A DNA stretch of 63,372 nt, filler included, from Diploschistes diacapsis (GCA_023645945.1; 9 parts of 9 records of this genome joined end to end with filler, not necessarily neighbours in it), one strand, 5' to 3'. Positions 1 through 13,269 are shown, counted from the first letter of the whole stretch. Notes: generated by a model from the letters alone, not told the origin. Translations and numbers: made by a program.

Positions 1-102
1 ATGTTATACTATTATGTTATGCTATGTTATGTTATTATGCTATGCTATATTATATTATTATGCTATATTATGTTATGTTATTATGTTATGCTATTATGCT
101 AT
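1..102. repeat. Degenerate pentamer tandem repeat (TATGT/TATGC/TATTA)
   Basis: Repeat units are directly visible; they explain the low-complexity ORFs 1..375 and 24..470. Confidence 0.85.
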
Positions 103-827
103 ACTACGGATACTGCTACGGGAGATTTCAATGTGCAAACCTTTTCATACTACATGCCCCGTGCTTTGGCTCCCCCCGCCCTAGGATATCTATCCCATCT
201 GAAATACTCCATACGTTGTATGTATGCCAAATCTCACCCGGCGGCAGGAAAGGAAGCTCCGTTTTCCAGGGAGCTCTTGCTTCTACGGGCTCAAATGGGT
301 GGGGGCGCTCTTCTAAACTTCCACCTTCCTCCCATTCCAAACTCTCTCCATTTCTCGGCAACCTTCCCGCCCTAAAGGGGTCCCAATCGTCTTCAACCCT
401 AAACACCTTCCTTTCTTTGCTATTTATCTATCCCCTATACCCCAGTCCCTCCGCGTTTCCTCAAGCGTAGAGCCGTTTTTATCGTATTCCTCTGCTGGAA
501 ATAATAACATTCAAGATCGACATCTAGAAGGGGGGGTGGTTTTTTTTTTTTGGCTCAGCCTGCTTGTGTGTGCCTGGCGTCATTGTTTATAGTCTCTCGT
601 TCTTCCCAATAAGTTCATATTTTGTCAGCGTTTTCAGTTTCTCGCCTATTGTTGTGGCCGTGCATGTGGCTCTTAGAAAATCAAGCCCACCTCGCTCTTT
701 ATACTAGGGGGTGGGGGTTGTCCGATTATTGACTGTGGGTATCACTTAGCATTTGATGGCATGAGGTAGTCTTCTGTCGTATTGGGTGAACTGTCTTGCC
801 AGAGGTGCCTCGACCTCGGCACACGAT

Positions 828-3317
828 ATGCCAGGCCCGGCACCCACTTCCTTGGCTGAATCAGCGAGGCCGTACTCAACCAATACCTCCTACGATTCGA
901 CATCGGCGCCGTCGACTCTATCCCCCCAAAGCCCAGGTGGCGTTCTCCCAGGCATGGCGCTTCTTGGTCCCCAGATCATGAATAGACCCGGCAGCTCGAG
1001 GAGCTTGCATTTTCCTTCACCATTGCACATGCCTCCAGTCCGCGACGCACCGCCTCGATATGGGTCGGAGTATGAGCAAATGATGCACCAGGATCGGTTT
1101 CAATTGAATCGTATGATGGCGGCTGGCCCAGGGTTGTCGGGAGATCTTGTTCAGGGACATAAGAGAGCTTATCGTCAACGTCGGAAGGACCCAAGCTGTG
1201 ACGCTTGCAGAGAGCGCAAGGTCAAGGTTCGTATTGTGGTCCTGTTTGAAGGAGCTTGGAAAAGTGCTGAACGCCCCTCAGTGTGATGCTACGGACACCT
1301 CTAGCTGCTCAGAGTGCTCGAGCCGGAGCGTCAAATGCCAGTTCACCAAGGAGACCAATCGGAGGATGTCGTCCATAAAGTAAGTAGAACAATTGTCATC
1401 CTGCACGGAGCTGATCAGTCAAAAGGCAAGTGCAGGATCTCGAGAAGCAATTGCTTGCAGCGCGTCAACAGGTCTCAAAATTACAATCCCTGGTCAGGCC
1501 CGATGGGATGGCTGTCGAGGAGGAGGAAGAAGACGACGACGACGAAGAAGACGACGACGTATCGCTATCGCAGACACGGCCCAAGAAAAGGCGAAGAATC
1601 GGTAATAATCCCGAGATGTCGTCCGCCCAGAGGAACATGCAAAACTATGGAAGGGGGATATTTCGAGACCCTACCAGCATGAGGCCACGCAGCAGCCCTC
1701 GCAGCCGCACCAACCCCCCAGCTTCCTCGCCCGAGCTACCACCCAGGTCGCTCGGCGAGGAGCTTGTCAGGGACTACAAAGCTTGCCTTCATCAGAAGTT
1801 TCCCTTTGTCGACTGGCGGCTGCTCTCGAAGCAATTCGATCAAGCTTATCGGGACGAACCAGGCCGGGCGGTGCAGGGAGAGTCGGCTGCCGTCCTCTTT
1901 GGGGTGTTTGCCTGCGGGGCGCTCCGCAATCATATCGAAGAGGGACAGAAATTCTTCGCAGCCCTCAAGTTTCTTGTAGATTTCTGGGCGATCACGCCGA
2001 CCATGGAGCTGATCAGGGCGTTGCTCCTATCCTGCCTCTTTTTAATCGAGGCCAATAACACGTCTGCTGCCTTTAACCTGATGGGCCAGGCGGTAAGGGC
2101 TGCGCAAGATATTGGACTTCATCACGGGAGGAAAGGGTTTTCGTCGGAGGAAGAAGAACTGAAGAGGAATCTCTGGTTGACTCTATACTGCCTTGAGCGG
2201 TACGATCTGCCGTTCCGAAACGTGCCCAAGCAGACTGACCCTCTCTAGAACATTGGCTTACGAGCTTGGCCGACCTTCGATGATCAACGACGAAGATTTT
2301 GACCCACTTGCTGAGCCAAAGACCGAGTCCGAAAGTGGTCGACCCACGTCCCGACTGGAGACGATAGTCCAGACCGCGAAGTTGGCTTCTCACCTGAGGA
2401 GAGCTTTCAAGAACCCAACAATACCCCCCGCTATCGCCCAAGCCGTGGACGTCGAGCTCAGCCACTGCATCTCCCGCCTTCCGGCCCGCCTTCAGCTAAC
2501 GTCGGACGAACAATTAACGCCAGGGGAGACGCACGCGGTCATGTATCTGCAGGACATCCGACTACTTCTCCACCGTCACAACTTGAATCCTTCCTGTTCG
2601 ACGGAGGTGCGACAGTCCGGCATTAACGAGTGTCTTAGCGTTGCAAGAAACACAGCTCGAGTGCTTTCGCGCGTCATTTCATATCCGCAACCGGACGGTA
2701 ACGATTCCGTGCCTGTGGGTCCGACATCGACGCGCAACGCTGCAAAGTGGGAGGAGGACATGCGAGTCTCCTCGAGCACATTCACATGCCTGCATGTTTG
2801 GCGGTGCATGCTGTTCCTCACCGCCTGTGATGATTTCGAGGGGGCGTTGATATGTGCTACGGCGAGCAAGGCGATTGGCAGGGCGCGCGCCATCAACAGC
2901 GCATGCGGTCGATATTACGAATTCTTCTTGAACTTTTGCGTCGACCGGCGACGGCGGACGCTGCAACCACTGGAGGAGGACGAGGAGCTCGTTGCTTATT
3001 TGTCCGCGGACCTGCAAGGCAACCTGGACCAAGCGTGGATCTGGCAGGGTGCAAGCGAGCCTGCCCAAGTCGCATGCGAATCCAGATTCGGCAACGCGCA
3101 GGTCGATGGCGAAGACGAGGCGGAGTGGAACGACTGGTCGAAGGTGGTCAGGGAGCTCAAGCGGCTCCTGGAAGGGCGGAAGGCCCGAGCAAGCCCGCAG
3201 CAACAGACGTCGCACAGTTCGGACGGATTGCACCTGGCTCCGAGAGCCGATGCTGCCTCGTCGCCGTCGCAGCAGCCGAGCCCTTCGAACCGGATGAGCA
3301 TCGCGGGTCTGATCTGA
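828..3317 (+). CDS. Zn(II)2Cys6 transcription factor with fungal-specific TF middle domain; 4 exons (828-1226, 1282-1379, 1426-2199, 2249-3317)
   Basis: Spliced CDACRERKVK|CDATDTSSCSECSSRSVKC gives the six-Cys cluster. AVRAAQDIGLH...KRNLWLTLYCLER|TLAYELGRPSMI matches the Fungal_trans pattern. Three GT-AG introns restore the frame. The start codon is uncertain. Confidence 0.92.
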
Positions 3318-4809
3318 CGAGAGCTACTTTTATGCATTGGGAGAAGAACAGCATCCCGTCCCGTGATGGAATGTCGAGACTGCAGATATTGCCCAAGAAC
3401 TTTTTGCTCGTCAAGATACCCAACCATTGACTTGGGCTCTGTGGGAAATGGAGGGCCGGGGATAAGCCATGTACGGTACGAGGGATTCAGAGAGCCAAGG
3501 GCAGGGGCAGGAGCAGGGACAGCGACGGGGCCGCAAGGGTGTAAGGTTGTTGAAATGATGTATTATATTTTATTCCATCCTGGAGCATTCGGAAGGGGGA
3601 TGTTGGAGCTCCAGGTCAGCTCGGCCCTATGGGCAGTTGAACGAATCTGACAGGGTTTTCTTCGAGCGAATATATCCATCTCTATAGGAGTGGTGGCCCT
3701 CCCACGTGGGGAGTCCGAGGCCCTCACTCTCTCTGCTACGTAGTAGTAGTAGGTAGGTACGTTGCAAACAGTCACCGGCCCATGTTTTAATCGTTCGTCC
3801 CCCTCCAATATAGAAACCCAAGGGGCCACTGAGGGCGCTTGTAGCCCGAGTTGTCGTGCTTTGGAGAAACGGGGGCCAAGCGTCTGCAACTGAAAGCAAA
3901 ACGCTATACTGCAGCTGTAGAGCGAGAATGCTTACCCCTAGCGGATGAATTTTTCTAGCGTTTCCTTAGCGTCCCCGTTTTGGATCTCAAGGCTCGCCTT
4001 ATCCGAAATATTTTTGTTCTCGGTAGCTTCCCATGCACGATCATGTACAGCTGATTCTCTTGTATTTTTGAGGGGATGACATAGCTTATGATTGGTTTTG
4101 GCAAGTTAGTAATACGTATATACAGTACTAGGCCAAAAGTAGTTAGAAGCCCCCCCCCTCTTATTAAGAAGTCACTTTTTCTGGCCTTAGTATTTCTGCG
4201 AGAAACGGTCTAAAAGATTAGACGAAATCTTACAAGCTTTAGAAAGCGTTAACTTATTCATTCTTCTTTTTCCTGATTTTCCAGAATTTTTCTAGGGGCC
4301 TTAAGATGTTTGACGAAGGAAGCGATAATACAGGTACCGCACCCGTAACCGCGATTGCATACAAAAGTTGGTCGATTTTGGTGAGGGGGAAAGAAGGACC
4401 TAACTACTTTTGGTCACCCCCACTGTATTATTACCCCAGGACAAAAGGGAAAGAAAAGCAAAAGGGGGGTTTTTTCCCCCAGCTTTCCGGCTAGCACCTT
4501 CCCATCCCCACATGGAGTACGATGATATTGATACAAATATACAACCCCGCAATAACCCCCGTCCCGGAGTTGAAGTTAGGGCGGCCAAGAGCATCAGAGA
4601 TTACACACGGCCATCTCGATGGGTAGGACTCGTGCAGGATCGATTGAAGATCGGAGACCCATAGATTTGCGCGCTTTTCGTCCGGATCCCATCCCCCGCT
4701 GTGCGTACTCCATAAGCCTCCAGGGTGTTAGCCACAGGGGAGAGCCACATGGAAGAGCCCTAGGAAGTCGTAGGAAGCCCGTTGCATTCGGGTTCCCTTT
4801 GGATCGTGC

Positions 4810-4866
4810 TTCTTTCTTTTCTTTTTCCTTTTCTTTTTCTTTTTCTTTTTCTTTTTCTCTTTCTCT
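4810..4866. repeat. (TTTTCT)n pyrimidine microsatellite
   Basis: Directly visible tandem units. Confidence 0.85.
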
Positions 4867-5382
4867 TCAGTGGTTCATGCCCGGTTACTCCTCTGCCTGT
4901 GTCTTTCTTTGAAATTCCTCCGGGAAAGGAACGCTTTTGAGTACAAGATACTGTAAAGACGTGGATCAATATCGCATCATATCCATGCCATACTGACACA
5001 ACGTGGACAACAATCGCTCCAATCAGACGCCATCTGCGCTCATCTCTTCCACTCTCGGCTGGGCTACTCGCATAGCACGTGGTGATAGCGAGGGAACAGA
5101 CATACACAGCTGCAACTATCAGAGCTTCGTCACATAGACTGCTCGTCCGGTTATTCGGATTGATTCTGTCGACAGTTCAAAACTGCTAGTTCGGTTTTCC
5201 GTGCTTGTTCCGGAACTTGTCGGATTCGTCTAGCCCATCCATCTCTCACGCTTTAAGCTGCGGACTCACGCATCCTTCACCTTGCTGTGTCCTACCTGGC
5301 CATCGCCACAGTCTGTTCTGATGGTAATACGCCATCAAGCACTCTGCCACCCCACTGCACACCCTATTCAAATTCATTCAAA

Positions 5383-6326
5383 ATGCCGTTCCGTGAACGG
5401 GTCCGCAAAGCGCTTGGCGGCCGAGATTCCACCCTAACAACCACAACCACAGCCTCTTGCTCCAGCCCCTCCTCGTCTCCGGACTCCCCAACCATAGTCT
5501 CGACGCCGACGGAGCTCGAGCTCAAGCCCGTCGACACCAAGACCTCGCTTCGCTCTCTCCGGAAAATCACCTCCCGCAAGCCCAAGGAGGTCAAGAAAAG
5601 CAAGCGGCAAATCAAGGAGGAGGAAGAGGCCGAGAAATGGAAGGACTGGCCCGAGCACATCTACAAGCCGCACGAGATGCCCAAGCTGCGGTACAGGCGC
5701 ACCCCGGACCCAAAACACAAGGAGCATCTGGAGAGCTACTCGTGGGAAAAGGCGTTTGGAGGGCTCGGGCTGCGGAGGAGGAGCAGGGGCAGTCTGTACA
5801 GTCCGATGGGTAGCCGTTTGCCCTCGCGGATCAACAGCGTGGCGAGCAGGAAGAGTCGGATGGGTAGCCGGGGCGGACGGGAGAGCGTGGGTCCCAGTCG
5901 CAACCAGAGCGTGGCGGAAGTGCTCGACGAGAACGAGGGTGAGGGCGGGGGCGTCGAAAACGGTACGCGGCTCCTCGACATTCCTACCCATCCTCATCCC
6001 CCGCACCCCTGCTAACCTAAACGCAAATTGTAGTCGGCCTCTCCCGCCAAACCACGCACCACGACAACCCTTCCCCCTCAACCTCGACCTCGACCGGTAG
6101 CGCGCCCGAGCTCGTGGCCTCGAGCTCCGTCGATTCGGACGGCTCGGAAGAGTGCTCGGTGCTCGCGACAAGCAAGACGGTCACCAAGGGCGACGTCAGC
6201 AGAGCGGATACGTTGTCCTTTGGGGGTTCGCTACCGCAAGAGGAGCCGCTGCCCGGGAAGCCGTTCAGCGAAGAGGAGTTGGTGAGGGCATTGAGCCGGA
6301 CGGGGATCGTGGATGGAGAGGACTGA
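5383..6326 (+). CDS. Hypothetical Ser/Arg/Lys-rich protein; 2 exons (5383-5962, 6034-6326)
   Basis: ATG in CAAAATG context and GC3-rich codons. Intron GTACGC...GCTAAC...TAG (5963-6033) joins ORF 5287..6015 in frame to ORF 6114..6326. Confidence 0.8.
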
Positions 6327-6980
6327 GGAGCGAGGGTGACGTACGGAGCCAGCCGTCGTTTTTCGATGCGTGCCGTCGAAGTGCTGCCTGTGAGATGAGT
6401 GGCTTCGCTGTCGACCGTCTTGCGAACGGTGGGTATTTTTCGTGTATCATCTAGGGACGGGATGGCTGTTCTTATGGGTCGGGCTTTTTTGGTGGGCATA
6501 AGCATTGGGAACTCGGAGGCTTGAATCTGCGTTCATGATTACCTTGTGTTTTCCGAGCCCACGGTTTTTGCCGACGGGCTATGTTATCTCACTTCCTTTA
6601 AGGAACGGGATGGATGTTTATCGGTTAATTGGATATATAAGCAAGACGATTCGTGGATTGACAAATATGTCAATCGAGTGTATTATTCCCTTAGTTGTTC
6701 TTCTTTGCTCATGTTCTTGCTACCCGCTGCTCCTAGGTCTCGTTTCCATTTCTTCCCAACATCAGTTGCGAATCCGGCGGATCTCAATCCCATTCTCAAT
6801 CCCCGGTTCCAGTACCTATTTCGATACCCACCATCTCAACCCCCCGTTCCTCCTTTTCCGCCCCCCGATTCCAAAAAACTCCAATCATATCGTTTCACAT
6901 CATTTCTCCTCTTTCCGACAACCCAAGCTTCCAAAAAAAAAAACAATGAGAACCTACTAATACACACACATGGCTTGCTT

Positions 6981-7080
6981 NNNNNNNNNNNNNNNNNNNN
7001 NNNNNNNNNNNNNNNNNNNNNNNNTTAATTAATTAANNNNNNNNNNNNNNNNNNNNNNNNNNNNNNNNNNNNNNNNNNNN
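6981..7080. other. Artificial contig spacer
   Basis: N44-TTAATTAATTAA-N44, giving stops in all six frames. Confidence 0.99.
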
Positions 7081-10000
7081 AGCAAAGCCCGATCCACCAG
7101 CTTGCTCTTGTCCACAATCCTCCCCGCCAGCACCTCGAGCGACTTTGCTCTGGAGCACGTCGAAGATGAACGTCTCCGCGTGCGCCTGTGTCGTCAGCCA
7201 GTTGCGCAGCTCCACGGCGACTAGCGAATCGATGCCGTAGCGCGACAGCGGCTGTCCGGCGTCGATTTCCTCCGCGAGCATGAACATCTCGCTTAGCTTG
7301 CCCGACGATGGCGCGCACCACGCACGCCGTGGCCTCGTGCACCGACGCGGCGGCTCCAAGCTCACTGCGGAGGTTTGCGGCTGCGCCGGTGTCGCGCCTG
7401 TCGCTCGAGAGCTGGCCCCGAGGGCCAAGGCCCATGTTCCGCAGAGCGGCGAAGCCCATATCCTGGCCCTAGGGGACGTCTTGGAGGGCGCTGTCGGTAG
7501 AGGCTGCAAGGCTAGTGATGACCTGCGAGTCTTGCACTGGGCGCATCGGATGGCGGATGGCGGATGGCGGAATTTAAATTATGAATTAATTGGAAAGATA
7601 TGATTTTAAATTTATATATCTCGAATTAAATATAAAAATATTCGAGGAGGCGAAGCACTTCGTCCTCTTCAAGAGGCGTAAAGTCCTTGCGAGTGAGACG
7701 CTCGGCCACGACCTTGTTCTCGGCAACATACCCGACGGATTTGACGACGCCGAGGTCGATAGCAACGGCGGGCAGGCCCATCGAGGAGCGGTGGCGGGCT
7801 AATGCGTCCTGGAAGGTGCTGCCGGCGGCGTAGTTGGCTTGGCTGGCGTTGCCTACAGTCCCGGCAGCGGAGGAGAGCATGACGAAGAAATCGAGATTCG
7901 GAAGTAGCTCGTGGAGGTTAAGTGAGCCGGTAAACTTTGGCCGGTTGGCTGCAAGGTAGTTGTCGAAGGACATGTGCCCGAAGATTGAATGCTAAATAAG
8001 TTAGACGAAAAGTAATCTGACTTTTAAAATACAGATGGCCGGGGTACGTGAAGGACCATGGCTCCCTGGACTACACCTTTAACTGGTGGCATCGTTCTTG
8101 ACAACTGTTCGATAGCACGTGCCAAACTTGACTTGTCTGCAATGTCGCAGCTCTCGACTATAACGCGGCATCCTCTGCTCTTGATCTCCTTGATTAGTGG
8201 CATCGCGTTGAGTTTAGAGGTGGCGCTCCGCGAGAGGAGAATGAGATTCTTGACGCCTTTATTAACCATAAACTGGGAAATCGAGCGACCAATACCACCA
8301 AGGCCGCCCACGATCAAATATGAAGCATCTAAGGTAAACATCGCAGACTTTGTTTCTGGGAGGACCTGGGATGTACATTAGAGACGGTAATAATTAGGAA
8401 TGAAATGTGGCACCTACATTGACTTGATCTTCTGGGTAGGCTTCAGAACCACCTTTCCTATATGCTTTCCCATTCTGCATCATCCGGAATGCTTGTTCGA
8501 TTTCCCCAAAGCTAAAAACCTGAATTGGCTTTACGGGCTGTATAGCATGTTCGGCCACAAGACGGATGACCTCCTTAAGCACTCGAGCCATCGTCTCTCC
8601 TTTATGATTACCGAGCTGGATGAGGTCGACCGCTGAAAAAGAAACAGCCTTTTTAAAAAGGGCCCCATCTTAATATTCTTGTTTGCCTCGAGATCGCGCT
8701 TTCCAATTTCAATAAAACGGCCGAAGGACGCTATGTATTTCCAAGTTGCTTGCAACAGCGGGCCAGCCAGCGAATTTAAGACCACATCAACGCCTTTGCC
8801 GTGTGTTTTGACAAGGAAATTAGACGCAAAGGATGTATTCCGGCTCGAAAAGATGTGCTAGGCGTCAATGCCATAAGTGTCGACGATAAAATCTCTTTTC
8901 ATTTTTGTGCCCACAGTAACGAAGATTTCCGCGCCTGCAAGTTTAGCAAGCATGATAGCCGCCTGGCCCACGCCTCCAGTAGCCGCATGAATCAAAACTG
9001 TCTCGCCTTTCTGTATACGTGCGATATCGTAGAGCGAACGGTTAGGCCGTGACAAATACCAAAGGTATGGAAGCGGCCATTTCAAAAGGCATCTTATCTG
9101 GGATGCGAACCACACTGGTTTCCCGGACGCAAACAAAATTCGCCCAATGTCCTTGAACAGTAATCGCGCAAACCCTATCACCAACCTTCAAAGAGGTACC
9201 GGCACCAACAGGTCTTATGACGCCGCTGCATTCGAACCCCATGACGGGGCTATCCAACTGACCCATAGCCACCATAATATCGCGGAAGTTCAACCCAAAG
9301 ACGTGGGGCTCGATTTCCACAAACCCATCGGATAGCTCGACTGCTGCTGGGGACTCGTCTTTGAATACGATACTATCGAGCTGACCAGCTATGCCAATAC
9401 TCATTTGGAAGCGGCGGTTAGGCTCGTAGAAAGAGCCCAGCTGTGGGATTGTGCGAGCGTCACTGTCGGACATGGCGGAACTTTCGGCAGTATTTCGCAT
9501 TAATCTAGGAATGTGGATCACTCCTTCACGCTCAGCGAACTCGTTATCTAGTCTTCCGGAATCACGAGACTCATCAAAGGTATATTGAAAGACATTGGCA
9601 ATGGTAGCAGCGCATGCTGCCGTCCATTTATTTTCGACCTTTTCAAGATCAAGCGAGATGAAGTGCTTGCCGAGATTCTCTTCTCGCGCGTAGAAGACCG
9701 GTGTGAAGAGCAAGTTCAGGCCTTTCACATCCTATGGTCGCGCCTTGGGTTATCCAAAAGCACGCCTTTCGATTCCGTCAAAAAGGGTCTTCACAGCCGA
9801 GAATTTGTCAGCATCAAGGTTGCTAAGAACTGGATGCATCAGTTCGCCAACAAAGATGATCGTCTCCTTCATGACTTTCAGTGAGTCCAGGCTTGTCACT
9901 GCTGGCTTAATCAGCGTAACGGCTTGTAGGGAGCTAGTCAATCGATCGAGCCATTCAATAGGAGGCTTTTGGGCCCGCGTAAACGATAGAGATGTCGGAA

Positions 10001-12826
10001 GAATATCGGTTCGGATGATCCACTGTAGCGGAGGATAGTAGTGTGCTGAGTACATATCGGTCAGCCTCGCACTCGCCAACACGGACCTCAAGGCCATTAA
10101 ATCCGGTTTTCTTAAGCACTGATTCCCACATCTCAACGTTAAGCTTGGGACGTAATCTTCTTTCGGGCTCTTTGCCTCAGCACTCACATTAGTTTGCGTT
10201 GGAGAAGTAACAAGAAGCTTTCACTCACTAAGCCACCACCCGGGTAGGGTGCCAAATATAAGTTCCATATCAATACACTCTTCAGTTATCTCAACCATGA
10301 TGAGTCTCCCTCCTGGTTTGAGCAGACTTCGGACATTCCTTATTGTATCTTCTATGCGTTTGGTAGCATGAAGAACTAAGCAAGCAACAAAATCATAAGA
10401 CCCCAGCTCGAACGATTGCTCCTGTGGGTCATTCTCAATATCGAGTTTTCTGTAATTCATCAAGTTGCCCCATGCCCCAAACTTTTCACGAGCAGCTTCA
10501 AAGAATGCAGATGAAATATCCGTAAAGTCATACTGCGCGAAACGGGGCGGGTCATCAGGCCTCCACCACCCATAGCATCGAGAACTTCGCTGGTTACGCC
10601 ACCAGTACCAGCGCCAATCTCAAGGACTTTTGCTCTGGGGGTTCTGATGCGCCAAAAGCCTTATGATCTTCTTAACTTGAGTGTACGAGCGAACCATTCT
10701 AATGTCCTTCATGTAATAGTTGTACATCAATTTCTGTTCAAGCATGAGCTCAAGGGGTGCAATCTTCTGCTGTAAAATCGCGGTAAGGTTCATACCAACG
10801 CGGTACACCATGGCTCCGTTCATGCTAGTTGCCTTGACACGTTCCAGTAGATCTTGCTTGTCACTCTCGTTACGATGGAACCACTCCGAGCTGCTAGGAT
10901 GGAGCTGGTTGGACCTAGCAAGAGTATCTTGCACTTTCATCCACGAATACATGGATTTGTGATGCCAGAGAAGCTGCTGAACGTCTTTAGTTGAGAGCGA
11001 TGTTAAAGCATTGTTAATAAAAAGAATTGCTGCCTGCGTCATGTCCTCAATAATAGATGTATCTACAGGGTCAGGGGCAAAGGCGCAGCATTTCTTCCAG
11101 CCGTATAGGTCACATAAGCGACATATCGTAGTCTCATTGGGTTTTTAAGGCAAGGCTTTCGTCGTCTAGGTTGTCGTCTTGGTCGAGCATGCCGCCGAGA
11201 GATTGGAAGTATGTATCAGTGATCTCGATAACAGACATACTTTCACACCCACAATCATCCATCGCCACAGCAGATGCTCTAAAGCCTTGCGGACGAAGCA
11301 TCTGAAGTTTCGAGTGGGCTTTGAAGCGGTGGCCGGGTTTGCGGCCGATCTCGGGCGATATGAACATAGTCTTGATCGACTTCGGCACCATTGCGTTCTG
11401 CTGGTTTGGGCTGCCTTTGGGTAAACTGAATACATAGCTTGAAAAATGGAGTCAAGAGTCGTGGGGTGAAGGATGTGGCTGATCTCATAATGCGCCGGCA
11501 TCAGAGAAGCAGTATCTGCAACTGTAAAGGTGCTTAATGATTTTTCCTGGCCAGCATAGATAGAGATGATATTCCTGAAGGATGGCCCATGATGGATTCC
11601 GACTGACTTCAAGGATTGAAAAATATCGTCGGGGTTGATTGACTTGGTGCATGCCGCCGCGTCCTTGCAGAACGAATGGTTTGAGCGAACCGGGCTGGCT
11701 CCAAGAATTAGATCATCCCTCAAAGATTGATAAATCATAGAGATCAGTCCTTGGCAGTGCTCGTTCCATTTGTCATTTCCATCAGTGGAATAGATGTGGA
11801 ACTCTTGCCAATCGCCTGCATCGAGGAATTGGTCGCTGCGATCACTGAAGAATATTTATACTTCGATTCCATCGTCTGTGTTGGGTATGTATAACGAGCG
11901 CACTCAAAATGTTGACATCTTGAAGCTTATATCCACCAATTGCCGACCATTAGCATGAGAGACTTTGCCGAATAGCCTCAATAGCCATGCTAATATATCC
12001 GGCACCAGGGTATACCATGTCTGATTACACAAAGTAATACCGAACCCAAGGAATTTCCGACGAACGGGTGAAGTGCCGCCACGTAAGAATCAATCAATTG
12101 GACCCTACAATGAGAGATCCCAGAAGGTCATGCGAAGCATGAATTTTCTAACGATACTCTTTATTCAAGCGAGGTTCGCTCCAATGTCGTGTTTTATGGT
12201 TCCAGGGGTATGTAGGTAAATCGGTTACTATCTGGACACTGTGCGAGCCACATGGAAAGTTCACCAAGCCAAGGTCGACAGGATAGCCCTGGCGCAGCAA
12301 AAGGCAAACAAGGTCCTGCATAGTCTATACTGCGTCTTTCCTTCTAAGCAAACACGAGCCGTAGGATATTTTGGAATTCTTCAGCTCGGGAAGCATTAGG
12401 CTCTGGTGAATAGGACCAGCAAGGGTACCATGGGCCCCAACTTCCACAATTATATCAATACATCGTTTTTTCTCTTTCGCTCCTGTAAGGGCCTTTGGAG
12501 CGAATCGTCGAAAGGTACCGGTTAAATCATGTTTCGCACCCAATAGGCTGGATCAATTTCTTCAGCTAAGTCATTCCACTCGCCGGTGACAGGGGACGAA
12601 TACAAGACCCCATTGAAAGGTCTAGTACTTGAAAGATGTTTCTGCAAAGACTTTAAGTAATCCTTTGAAATAGGCTGCATGTGATGCAGATGGTAGGCAG
12701 CGTCAACCTTCAGCCTCCGTACGAAAATACTCTCGTCTTCGAATTGCGTTTTGTAGTTCTTCGATAGCAGCAATATCACCTGAGAGCGTCACGCTAGAAG
12801 GACTGGTAACGCAGGCCACCACCACC
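7081..12826 (-). pseudogene. Highly reducing iterative type I PKS pseudogene (partial AT-DH-cMT-ER-KR-ACP; KS absent)
   Basis: AT: VACVTSPSSVTLSGD, AYHLHHM, EVGAHGTLAGP. DH: HDLLGS, HPTTLDSIFQ. c[80 protein letters not shown]. The gene is split over many short ORFs by frameshifts and stops. Confidence 0.93.
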
Positions 12827-13269
12827 TTGTCAGAGGAAACGTTGGACATAAATATTTTCATCTTTTTGCTCGCCGGTATATTTACCCTCGTGTATGGGCA
12901 GAAAATTTTGGGGCTTAGATTAGAGCTTCAAGAGAAAATGATCGCAGAGATCGACCAGACCTTCGAAGAAACCGCAAGCAAGGTCGCACCGAGCTCTCCT
13001 ACGAGGAAGTGCAGGGACGATGGACAAGAGGTGGTCGCTGCAGATAGAAATTGTCTTATGCGAGACACACTGCTTGCCTTATTGGAGATCTCGGGGCCTG
13101 CCTTGGACGAAAATTCGTGCAGGCAGAATACAAGGCGTTTTTCGTGACCTTGCTGCGCAATTATACAGTCCGGCTGCCTCCAGGAAAGGATTCAAAGATG
13201 GTGGAAAGGGATCTTTCCATTGAAGTGTGCAAGGAAAGTAACACTGGCACCATTGGATGCCATTACTAG
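12827..13269 (+). pseudogene. Cytochrome P450 C-terminal remnant
   Basis: I-helix-like LSEETLDINIFIFLLAG, then LQEKMIAEIDQ, then in another frame the heme-Cys region GACLGRKFVQAEYKAFFVTLLRNYTV. No N-terminal half and no recognisable ExxR/PERF. Confidence 0.75.

Noticed and set aside
1..470. ORFs 1..375 and 24..470
   Set aside because: They are products of a pentamer repeat with no protein-like content.
7025..7036. Recurring TTAATTAATTAA as a biological repeat or CRISPR-like array
   Set aside because: It is always centred in N44 flanks and is a synthetic six-frame stop linker.
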